From a virus (taxonomy: Duplodnaviria > Caudoviricetes): DNA of 25,947 nucleotides. Position numbers and translations under genes: made by a program. Under the pieces are notes generated by a model. It made no database searches, was not told the origin of the DNA, and saw only the letters and a program-made list of their open reading frames with translations. Location: positions 1 to 25,947 of the IMG/VR virus record IMGVR_UViG_3300044641_000586; one strand, given 5' to 3'. Every line of letters begins with the position of its first letter. The stretch's first letter is position 1. Below are positions 17,919 through 24,081 of this stretch, piece after piece.

Positions 17919-18223
17919 TTCGCCACCTTGTAGGCAAGTTTGGATGACTGCTTCCAGGTGTCGAACTGCTTCTCTGCCAGTTCCTGAATGCGCTGCTTAA
18001 GCCATGCTTTCGCATCCTCACCGTTCCAGAGCATCTCGATCACTTGGTCGGTGGTGATGTCGGTATCGCGGTCTAGGTCAACCCAAACCCAGAGGATTTC
18101 TTTTGCTGTCGCTGAGTCGAGCCAGCAGGCAATCTCGTCGCTTTCCCACTCTTGCTGACGCTCGAGACTGTCGTTGTAGTTGTCCTCACGAATCCAGTGC
18201 AGGTCGATTCCAAAGTCGCTCAT
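17915..18223 (-). CDS. Acidic, Trp-rich hypothetical protein (first gene of the leftward early operon)
   Basis: Start trimmed to ATG 18223 with GAGG RBS. 102 aa with 23 Asp/Glu and 8 Trp by hand count. Confidence 0.65.
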   Translation of the reverse strand: MSDFGIDLHWIREDNYNDSLERQQEWESDEIACWLDSATAKEILWVWVDLDRDTDITTDQVIEMLWNGEDAKAWLKQRIQELAEKQFDTWKQSSKLAYKVAK

Positions 18224-18244
18224 GTTTGCCTCGGTTGTTGTTTG

Positions 18245-18273
18245 TTGACGGTGAAAGAATAGTACAGTAGACT
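18245..18273 (+). promoter_or_regulatory. Rightward sigma70-type promoter
   Basis: TTGACG (18245-18250), 17-nt spacer, TAGACT (18268-18273), upstream of the Cro-like gene. Confidence 0.75.
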
Positions 18274-18288
18274 TCACCCAGAGGTCAA
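18259..18288 (-). promoter_or_regulatory. Leftward sigma70-type promoter
   Basis: On the minus strand: TTGACC (18288-18283), 18-nt spacer, TACTAT (18264-18259). Overlaps the rightward promoter. Confidence 0.65.
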
Positions 18289-18332
18289 GCAAAGCGTTCC
18301 ATTTTTTACAACTTTTACAATTTGAGGTTGCG

Positions 18333-18557
18333 ATGACACCGAATGATGCGATCAATTTAGCCGCTGCCCTGGTGGGCACGAAGGGACGGTTGTGTGAGCA
18401 GTTGCAGGTCAGCAAACAGGCAGTGAACGGGTGGAAAACTCGGGGGGTGCCGATCAAGCGAGCTTTGCAGATTCAGGAGTTGACGGGCGGGGTGGTCAAG
18501 TTGGGAGACTTGTGTCCGCAGTACGCAAACATCGATGTGCAGATCGAAAATGTCTAG
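18333..18557 (+). CDS. Cro/YdaS-like HTH transcriptional regulator
   Basis: 74 aa. L...LQVSKQAVNGWK..GVP..RA..IQ.LTGG.V...DL.P is the Cro/YdaS pattern. First gene of the rightward operon. Confidence 0.85.
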   Translation: MTPNDAINLAAALVGTKGRLCEQLQVSKQAVNGWKTRGVPIKRALQIQELTGGVVKLGDLCPQYANIDVQIENV

Positions 18558-18858
18558 CCTGACTGCTCGGTCGAAGGCATTGCTTGTAGAGCTGGGCTAC
18601 CAAGTGGCATTGGTCGAGCACTACAACAGCTTCACAAAGCGCAAGCACGACCTCTGGGGCTGCATTGACCTGCTGGCAATTGGTCACGGCGAGACGGTAG
18701 CAATCCAGGTGACTAGCAAGGGTCATCTCTCAGAACGTCGGCACAAGATCGAGGAAGCCGAGGCTTACCCAGAGATGCTGCGTTCAGGGTGGCGGGTGGT
18801 GCTGCATGGGTGGTTTAAGGAAGGCAACCGTTGGCAGTTGAAAGAGGTGGAACTGTGA
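18550..18858 (+). CDS. PD-(D/E)XK-like nuclease (possible Holliday junction resolvase)
   Basis: Start trimmed to 18550. L...GY.V..VE......DL.G.IDLLAI....TVAIQV.S pattern. Confidence 0.6.
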   Translation: MSSLTARSKALLVELGYQVALVEHYNSFTKRKHDLWGCIDLLAIGHGETVAIQVTSKGHLSERRHKIEEAEAYPEMLRSGWRVVLHGWFKEGNRWQLKEVEL

Positions 18859-19289
18859 TCTTCACACTAGCGCACGACACCGCCCGACAGAGGGCTGTAG
18901 AAGCCGTCAAAACCGCTCGGCATGGCTGGGTGGTACGGATAGAGCCACCCAACAGAACAAGCGCCCAGAACTCTTTTTACTGGGCCACACTGTCAGCGAT
19001 CAGCGAGCAGATACGTCCGCAGGGTCAGGCTCACGATCAGGATGTCTGGCACGCTTACTTCAAGACTCGGTATCTTCCTGGGAGGATGTTGGAGTTGCCC
19101 AACGGTCAGGTGATGGAGGCAGAGCCGACTACAACAGGGCTGACGAAGGCACAGTTTTCCGACTACGTTGAGCAGGTACTGGCATGGGCGATCAATCACG
19201 GGTTGACTCAGACGGACGAGATGTCTGTTTTGCGTGCGGCGAACGACACGACAACGCAAGACTCGTCACTCTCCCTGATGGCACCGTAG
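18855..19289 (+). CDS. ninB: NinB/YbcN family recombination protein
   Basis: GTG start at 18855. V.I.P..RT..QN...WA.L..IS.Q, W...FK..YL and TT.LTK.QFSDY.E.V.AW motifs. Confidence 0.8.
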   Translation: MIFTLAHDTARQRAVEAVKTARHGWVVRIEPPNRTSAQNSFYWATLSAISEQIRPQGQAHDQDVWHAYFKTRYLPGRMLELPNGQVMEAEPTTTGLTKAQFSDYVEQVLAWAINHGLTQTDEMSVLRAANDTTTQDSSLSLMAP

Positions 19290-19471
19290 TTGGACTACAG
19301 TCCAAGGCTTACACGATCTACTGTGAGGCTCAGACTGTGTTGTCTTGGACAAAGCCTAAACGGACAGAGTATCTCGAGCGTGTTGAAAAGGCTCGCGGCA
19401 TAGCAGGCAGGGAAGAACTGGCAAAGGAGATCATGAGATGGTACGCAGTAAAGCGTGGCTCAAAGCGGTAG
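19184..19471 (+). CDS. Hypothetical protein
   Basis: 95 aa. CEA..VL.W....R.EYL..V.K.RG......L..E motif resembles small phage nin-region proteins. Start uncertain. Confidence 0.55.
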   Translation: MGDQSRVDSDGRDVCFACGERHDNARLVTLPDGTVVGLQSKAYTIYCEAQTVLSWTKPKRTEYLERVEKARGIAGREELAKEIMRWYAVKRGSKR

Positions 19472-19722
19472 CAAGTCTCGACTGCCAGCGATGCGGTCTG
19501 GATGGTCAGACACAAGCCGCACACGCTAACTGGGGTGCATACGGGAAGGGCCTGGGGATGAAGGCACACGATTGCTTTACCGCGGCACTCTGTCAGCACT
19601 GCCACTTTGCTATCGACCAGGGGTCGAAGATGACAGGAGAGGAGCGGCGGGAAGCCTGGGAGGATGCGTTCCGCAAGACGTTGGTTGCGCTGTGCGAGGC
19701 TGGCAGGCTGTCTGTCAAGTAG
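19438..19722 (+). CDS. Zn-binding HNH-like protein (DUF968/DUF1364-like)
   Basis: 94 aa. RS..WL.AV..L.CxxC...QAAH....GKG.G.K..D.F...LCxxCH..ID. Confidence 0.75.
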   Translation: MVRSKAWLKAVASLDCQRCGLDGQTQAAHANWGAYGKGLGMKAHDCFTAALCQHCHFAIDQGSKMTGEERREAWEDAFRKTLVALCEAGRLSVK

Positions 19723-19766
19723 GAAAAGGTTCTATAGCAGGTGTTTTCAACTACAAGGAGGTGAGA

Positions 19767-20009
19767 TTGAGTCAAGACAAAAGTGGTCCAGCGTTTCCGT
19801 TGCATCCAAACCTTGCGCCAGCATTAGGGTGCGTGAACTCTGTTAGCGATGCAGGGATGTCTGTACGAGACTATTTCGCAGCAAAGGCTTTGCAGGGCAT
19901 CTATGCACACACTGGTGGTGGATCTCCAGATTGGGCAGAAGATGATATTGATGTTGCAGAACATTGTTATGAAATGGCTGACGCTATGTTGGAAGTGAGG
20001 TTGAGATGA
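19767..20009 (+). CDS. Conserved phage hypothetical protein
   Basis: TTG start after strong RBS AAGGAGGT. GPAFP...GMS.RDYFAAKALQG...A..CY..ADAML motif. Confidence 0.75.
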   Translation: MSQDKSGPAFPLHPNLAPALGCVNSVSDAGMSVRDYFAAKALQGIYAHTGGGSPDWAEDDIDVAEHCYEMADAMLEVRLR

Positions 20010-20021
20010 AGAAGGTAGCAA

Positions 20022-20050
20022 TTGCAATACGAACTGTTTTTAGGTAGACT
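20022..20050 (+). promoter_or_regulatory. Sigma70-type promoter for the non-coding region
   Basis: TTGCAA (20022-20027), 17-nt spacer, TAGACT (20045-20050). Same -10 hexamer as the 18245 promoter. Predicted start near 20056-20057, at the base of the first hairpin. Confidence 0.7.
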
Positions 20051-20054
20051 GACA

Positions 20055-20151
20055 TTGTTGGCGTAGGAACCGACAACGAAAGGCCGCTATCTCATGCTCC
20101 TCGCCCTCGAAAGGGGGTTCCTACCGGGGGGCAGCAGATAGCGGCTTTTTT
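20055..20151 (+). ncRNA. Candidate pseudoknotted small RNA ending in a terminator-like stem and U-tract (module 1)
   Basis: Hairpin TTGTTGG/CCGACAA with loop CGTAGGAA. Long stem GCCGCTATCT (20083-20092)/AGATAGCGGC (20136-20145), then TTTTTT. Inner stem TGCTCCTCG/CGGGGGGCA with G-U pairs. GAAA tetraloop hairpin at 20104-20117. GTAGGAACC (20063-20071) is perfectly complementary to GGTTCCTAC (20116-20124). Confidence 0.7.
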
Positions 20152-20159
20152 CATTTCTA

Positions 20160-20415
20160 CGGCCAACCGCACTCCGAGCGAGATCAAGAGCCTGCATGGG
20201 CTGCGCGGAAGAAAACACAGGCCAATCTGACACCCTGATTGCGAGCCTCCCAGCCTGTCTGCGAGGGACTGGATAACGTATGTGCTGAACGGGTGGTAGA
20301 CCCAGCACAGACGGATGAATCGCAGCCGCTAGGTACTCTGGCTCTGTCACAGGATGACAGCAGTGGGAGAGGAGGAAGCCAGACGCTTGGCTACCACCCT
20401 GGGGGAACTATGCTC
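20160..20415 (+). ncRNA. Candidate multi-stem, multi-pseudoknot RNA or ssDNA structure (module 2)
   Basis: Stems AGCCT/GGGCT, CAATC/GATTG, TGTGCTG (20281-20287)/CAGCACA (20303-20309), TCTGGCT (20337-20343)/AGCCAGA (20377-20383) and CTGTCA/TGACAG. Loop-distal pairings GGGTGGTAG (20291-20299)/CTACCACCC (20391-20399) and CTGCGA (20259-20264)/TCGCAG (20320-20325). Confidence 0.6.
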
Positions 20416-20519
20416 AGAGAAAACACTGTTAGGCAGAACCTATTGCTAACGGACAATCGATAGAAAAGTTTTTTACACAAGAGCACAAAACCTCTTTACG
20501 ATTGCGTCAGGAGGTGCAA

Positions 20520-20804
20520 ATGAAACCAGACGACGTATCAGAAGGGTGTTGGCAGGACTTCTTGGCGCATCGGAAGCAGAAGAAAGCCATCGTCACTGAG
20601 AGAGTTGTGCAGCGGATACGCACAGAGGCTGATCTTGCTGGCTACACGCTAGAGGAAGCCCTAAACGAGTGTGTAGACCGTGGCTGGCAGGGATTTAAGG
20701 CTGAGTGGGTTGCGCCTAAGAAGCCAGCTAAGAAAGAGGATTTGATCTTTGGACGAGTCATTAACATGGGTGATGCCAATGTCAGACGCCTACCCTCTCG
20801 CTGA
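20520..20804 (+). CDS. Replication initiator C-terminal-domain-only protein
   Basis: ATG 20520 after AGGAGG, 94 aa. PDDVSE..WQDFLAHRK.KKA..T.......EA..AG.TLEEAL..C..RGWQGFKAEWV resembles the C-terminal domain of lambdoid O-type initiators. Confidence 0.7.
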   Translation: MKPDDVSEGCWQDFLAHRKQKKAIVTERVVQRIRTEADLAGYTLEEALNECVDRGWQGFKAEWVAPKKPAKKEDLIFGRVINMGDANVRRLPSR

Positions 20805-21147
20805 ACGGATGATGACGCACCTTGCGACTCTCTACGGGGCGCAGAAGGTCAAATCCATGTACCTAGACGATGACAACGCAATCATGGCTGCAAATCAGTC
20901 CTGGCAGTTGTTCCTCGAGTCGGCAAACGTAGAAATCATCAAACGCATCCTCCACACGCTACCAACACTAGACCGGCAATGGCCACCCAGCCTTGCAGAG
21001 TTTGTACGGATGTATCGAGACTTCGACCGCGTAGAGCACAGAACCTATGACGCCCTGCCAGCCCCGAAAGTACAGACAGACATTGGTCGGGCTGCATTGG
21101 CAGAGATGAAAGCAAGACTACGGGTTTCCCCCAATACCAAACTATGA
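20779..21147 (+). CDS. Lambda P-like / helicase loader-like protein
   Basis: Start trimmed to 20779. L...YG, W...L, WPPSLAEF and ALPAP motifs. Directly follows the initiator-like gene. Confidence 0.6.
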   Translation: MSDAYPLAERMMTHLATLYGAQKVKSMYLDDDNAIMAANQSWQLFLESANVEIIKRILHTLPTLDRQWPPSLAEFVRMYRDFDRVEHRTYDALPAPKVQTDIGRAALAEMKARLRVSPNTKL

Positions 21148-21347
21148 CAGACGAGCAGAAAATAGTGGATGCGCTGATAGCAGACTGCAAGGAAATAACG
21201 GAGTACCACCTTGCTGGCTATCGGTTCAAGTGGAACGGGAAACAGGTGATCCGCAGGACGATGGCAGCTAGGTTGGAGAGGCTTACGTTTGCTGGGTTTG
21301 GGGATCGGTTCCCGGTAATCATCAACGACAACCGGAAAACAAAATGA
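21144..21347 (+). CDS. Hypothetical protein
   Basis: 67 aa, ATGA overlaps on both sides. Confidence 0.5.
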   Translation: MTDEQKIVDALIADCKEITEYHLAGYRFKWNGKQVIRRTMAARLERLTFAGFGDRFPVIINDNRKTK

Positions 21348-21535
21348 GCCTGTGTCCTGTATGCGGATCGTGGCAGAGCAAGGTAAAGGAGTCCCGCCGA
21401 GACACTCGATTCGGATGGAAGTGGCGACTACGCGACTGTTCTAACTGCGAGCACAGGTGGTCAACGTACGAGGTGCCGGCGGAGGGAATGAGCGTGGATG
21501 GAGATGGAAACCCAGATGGAAGGTTGGAGCGATGA
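21344..21535 (+). CDS. Stand-alone NrdR-like zinc-ribbon protein
   Basis: 63 aa. CPVCG...SKV.ESR.......R.R.CxxC..RWSTYE matches the NrdR N-terminal Zn ribbon; no ATP-cone. Confidence 0.75.
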   Translation: MSLCPVCGSWQSKVKESRRDTRFGWKWRLRDCSNCEHRWSTYEVPAEGMSVDGDGNPDGRLER

Positions 21536-21756
21536 ACCAAAACGAAATCCTGAAGATCGCTGCCGAGGCCGGAGCGTTTTGGGAGCTATCGGAGACGCCA
21601 GAAAAGGATTTGTCCTTTCTGATGCGCTTTGCAGAGCGTGCTGCAGCTGCCGAGCGTGATCGATGCATCCTGATGCTGGAGCGCCTGCACGAGCGATCTG
21701 GTGGGCAGTACAACTACTACGCACACGCAGCCAAAGTGCTGAAGGGGGAGATATGA
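21532..21756 (+). CDS. Conserved phage hypothetical protein
   Basis: Start trimmed to 21532. M...EI.K.A.EAG...RFA...AAAER..C motif. Confidence 0.65.
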   Translation: MNQNEILKIAAEAGAFWELSETPEKDLSFLMRFAERAAAAERDRCILMLERLHERSGGQYNYYAHAAKVLKGEI

Positions 21757-21935
21757 AATTCTTCTGCGTGATGCTAAAGCGCCAATTGGTGACACCGCGC
21801 GGTTACACAAACTTCATCGCCACTCGCTCTCTTGGCCGAGCGAGATATTTTGCCAAACGATTGCCACGAAAATATCGGCAGATTGATGTGCGCGATGGGC
21901 GTAGGAAGTATGTGCTTGCATGGAGTTGGCTATGA
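21753..21935 (+). CDS. Hypothetical basic protein
   Basis: Start trimmed to 21753 (GGAG RBS, ATGA overlap), 60 aa, Arg/Lys-rich. Confidence 0.5.
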   Translation: MKFFCVMLKRQLVTPRGYTNFIATRSLGRARYFAKRLPRKYRQIDVRDGRRKYVLAWSWL

Positions 21936-22063
21936 CTGAACTGTTTTTCTACGGGTGGGCAGTCGGCATTCTCACTGGCTATGTGGTCTGGGCGCCAGAG
22001 ACGCGGTTCAAGCGGAACTTCGTTGATGGACTGACACTGCGGTTTTTGTGGAGGCGGAGATGA
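21932..22063 (+). CDS. Small membrane protein
   Basis: Translated by hand: MTELFFYGWAVGILTGYVVWAPETRFKRNFVDGLTLRFLWRRR* (43 aa). ATGA overlaps at both ends. Confidence 0.55.
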   Translation: MTELFFYGWAVGILTGYVVWAPETRFKRNFVDGLTLRFLWRRR

Positions 22064-22338
22064 GCATCGAGGCAATGAAGCAGGCATTGGAGGCGCTGGA
22101 GCAAATCAACCAACTCAGCATTGGCGAAAATGCTATCGCTCTGCCGGGTGAGATTGACGCAGCTATGGACAACCTCCGCGCTGCCATCGAGCAGGCTGAC
22201 ACCGCACCGCGCCAATGGGTCGAACTGACGGACGACGAAGCGCGTGCTCTAGTCAATCGCGCCACTTTTGGCGACAAAACAAACTGGCAAGCGTTGGTTT
22301 ATATGGTCGATGCAAAACTGAAGGAGAAGAATGCGTAA
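22060..22338 (+). CDS. Conserved phage hypothetical protein
   Basis: MSIEAMKQALEALE N-terminus and RQWVELTDDE...DAKLKEKN C-terminus, a common mosaic phage ORF type. Confidence 0.7.
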   Translation: MSIEAMKQALEALEQINQLSIGENAIALPGEIDAAMDNLRAAIEQADTAPRQWVELTDDEARALVNRATFGDKTNWQALVYMVDAKLKEKNA

Positions 22339-22633
22339 AGACCCGATCACTGTCGATCAGATTGCAGGACGGATGATAGAACTCGTCCAGCAGCGCAACA
22401 GTCTGTCGAGAGATGACCTGGAGTATGTCGTTGAGACAATCGCAAAGCTAAAGGACGAGCGTCTCAAGTCTTGTATTGCAGAACTGATCGGGTGGGGTGA
22501 CGATGAGCGTGCTGAAGTCGAAACCTTCGTTGCAATTGCAATCGAGGTCATGAAGCGAACGAATGTATCAAAGCTGAGAGAGTGTGCAAGGATCGTCGAA
22601 CTGAGGTACTTAAGCCATGACTTGCCAAAATGA
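22331..22633 (+). CDS. Hypothetical protein
   Basis: 100 aa, RBS AAGGAG. Weak internal duplication (LEYVVETIAKLKDERLKSC / VAIAIEVMKRTNVSKLREC). Confidence 0.6.
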   Translation: MRKDPITVDQIAGRMIELVQQRNSLSRDDLEYVVETIAKLKDERLKSCIAELIGWGDDERAEVETFVAIAIEVMKRTNVSKLRECARIVELRYLSHDLPK

Positions 22634-22817
22634 TTTCAGACTTGTCGATCAATCAATCACTGAGCATTCTGTTGTCGAACTTTATGTTTGTTTTCACTGC
22701 GGGGCTGAACGGTTCCGCGCACTATCAGGGAGGTTCTGTGGAGTCGAGGCTACACAATTGGGCAGCATGGAAGCGGAAAGAGCCGCTCGCAGATCAGACA
22801 GACGCGAAGATCGTTGA
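22617..22817 (+). CDS. Hypothetical CxxC protein
   Basis: 66 aa, GAGG upstream. Fills the gap before the Q-like gene but overlaps it. Confidence 0.35.
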   Translation: MTCQNDFRLVDQSITEHSVVELYVCFHCGAERFRALSGRFCGVEATQLGSMEAERAARRSDRREDR

Positions 22818-22980
22818 TGCTGTAGTCCAGAAACTAGGGCCAGATGACAGGGCAGCCATCAACGCTGTCTATGTCTCCCATCCCTACCAGTCGATTTACT
22901 ACGTCTCTGCTGAAATCTCTACCCCGCCAAGCTGGATCAACAGAGCAATCGAAAAGGCCAAACGTGGACTCACAACCTGA
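22738..22980 (+). CDS. Short antiterminator Q-like protein
   Basis: GTG start after GGGAGG, 80 aa. RLHNWAAW N-terminal motif, DA..VD.VV.KL....R..I...YV and C-terminal HTH-like helices. Located just before the late region. Confidence 0.55.
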   Translation: MESRLHNWAAWKRKEPLADQTDAKIVDAVVQKLGPDDRAAINAVYVSHPYQSIYYVSAEISTPPSWINRAIEKAKRGLTT

Positions 22981-23404
22981 AGCCCGACTATTAGCCGCTG
23001 TCGTATCTCTGGCAATCCGAGACATGACGCACCGTCCTGTCATGGAGGGCAAGCGTCCGATTATGACTGTCGAGGCCAGGACAGCGTGTCGATTCCTGTT
23101 TTCAGACGCTTCTGACGGATACCTTGATTGGCTGGATTACGATCCACCAGTGTTTCGCGATCAACTTTTAAGGATAATGAACAACACATCACACGAAAGG
23201 CTGGCGGGACTCGAACCAATGGATCGCAGGGTCATGCGTCAAAACTATCAACTCTGGAGTTCAAACTATGCAGGACTGGATCACGAATTACCTGACGATG
23301 AGGATGAACTTGTCGAAATTGCACGACCTGCTGCTAAAAAAAGAAACCGACCGCGCAATAAACCTGGCACTGGAAATCTCGGCAGACGCCAGAATCTGCG
23401 CTAG
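22964..23404 (+). CDS. Conserved phage hypothetical protein
   Basis: GTG start at 22964. PEARLLAAVV..AI.D....A..A.RFLF......YL.WLD.DP motif. Confidence 0.6.
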   Translation: MDSQPEARLLAAVVSLAIRDMTHRPVMEGKRPIMTVEARTACRFLFSDASDGYLDWLDYDPPVFRDQLLRIMNNTSHERLAGLEPMDRRVMRQNYQLWSSNYAGLDHELPDDEDELVEIARPAAKKRNRPRNKPGTGNLGRRQNLR

Positions 23405-23435
23405 ACAGATCGAATTGCAACGGGATAAACTGTGA
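23268..23435 (+). CDS. Small helical hypothetical protein
   Basis: Translated by hand: MQDWITNYLTMRMNLSKLHDLLLKKETDRAINLALEISADARICARQIELQRDKL* (55 aa). GGAG RBS; overlaps the low-complexity tail of the previous ORF. Confidence 0.5.
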   Translation: MQDWITNYLTMRMNLSKLHDLLLKKETDRAINLALEISADARICARQIELQRDKL

Positions 23436-23449
23436 GCGTCTCCTCCTTT

Positions 23450-23475
23450 TCCCCCTATTGCAGGGGGATTTTTTT
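23450..23475 (+). terminator. Rho-independent terminator
   Basis: TCCCCCT (23450-23456), loop ATTGC, AGGGGGA (23462-23468), followed by a run of T. Confidence 0.8.
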
Positions 23476-24081
23476 GTGATCCCCAAGATCCTGCACTTCG
23501 TCTGGGTGGGCGACGAGACCAAAGCCCCGCTGCAAACCATCCAGAAGTGGAAAAACCTCAACCCTGACTTTGAGGTCAACCTCTGGGGCAACTCCGACCT
23601 GTCCAAAGGCTGGCGACTTGCCAAGCACATGAAGCACTTCTGGAAAACAGAGCTTTGTGGCGTCGCAGACTGCATGAGGTGGGAGATCCTATACGAACAC
23701 GGCGGGATCGCGTTAGACGCCGATTCAGAGCCTTCCAGGGCCATTCCTGACTGGATGCTAGAGCCGGATGTCTGGTGTTCGTGGGAGTCGGAGCTTCTCA
23801 GGCCGGGATTGCTGTCTAACGGTGCGGTAGGGGCGATCCCTAACCATCCGTTTATCGGGCAGATTGTCGATGATCTGTTGAACGACGATCCTGGCGACCT
23901 GATGGCATGGCAGTTCTCAGGCCCGACGAGGTTGACGAGTACCTGGGTGAACCACGAATACCGTGATCTCACGATCTGGCCTAGCCATTTCTTTCTGCCG
24001 GATCATTTCGCAGGACTTCCGTATTCCGGCGAGATGGTGTTTGCTCGGCAGGAGTGGAAATCGACGCGAGGTAAATGGTGA
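23476..24081 (+). CDS. Glycosyltransferase family 32 (DXD, OCH1-like)
   Basis: GTG start at 23476. IPKILHFVW.G, W..LNPD, AD.MR.EILY.HGGI.LDAD, N....A.P.HPF and SGP..LT motifs. Confidence 0.9.
   Translation: MIPKILHFVWVGDETKAPLQTIQKWKNLNPDFEVNLWGNSDLSKGWRLAKHMKHFWKTELCGVADCMRWEILYEHGGIALDADSEPSRAIPDWMLEPDVWCSWESELLRPGLLSNGAVGAIPNHPFIGQIVDDLLNDDPGDLMAWQFSGPTRLTSTWVNHEYRDLTIWPSHFFLPDHFAGLPYSGEMVFARQEWKSTRGKW

Noticed and set aside
18224-18457. N-terminal extension of the 17915-18457 (-) ORF
   Set aside because: It would run through the promoter region and antisense to the Cro-like gene. ATG 18223 has an RBS.
20150-20190. Antisense (RNA I-like) promoter opposite module 1
   Set aside because: Minus-strand TTGATC and TAGAAA hexamers are 22 nt apart, which is too far for sigma70.
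20160-20420. Group I intron, RNase P, tmRNA, tRNA or retron identity for the structured element
   Set aside because: GCTCAGAGA (20412-20420) resembles part of a group I R element, but there is no S partner or interrupted gene. No RNase P/tmRNA terminal consensus, no cloverleaf and no reverse transcriptase in the window.
20087-20463. ORF-track ORFs 20087-20350 (-) and 20239-20463 (+) inside the non-coding region
   Set aside because: No convincing RBS, no coupling to neighbours and no recognisable motifs. The dense base-pairing explains the sequence better.
22630-22737. Hydrophobic N-terminal extension of the Q-like ORF
   Set aside because: A GTG with a strong RBS at 22738 directly precedes the RLHNW motif, so the extension is probably not translated.
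23334-23972. 212-aa minus-strand ORF
   Set aside because: Antisense shadow of the clear GT32 gene, with no motifs. The same applies to the many other antisense and alternate-frame ORFs within structural genes.
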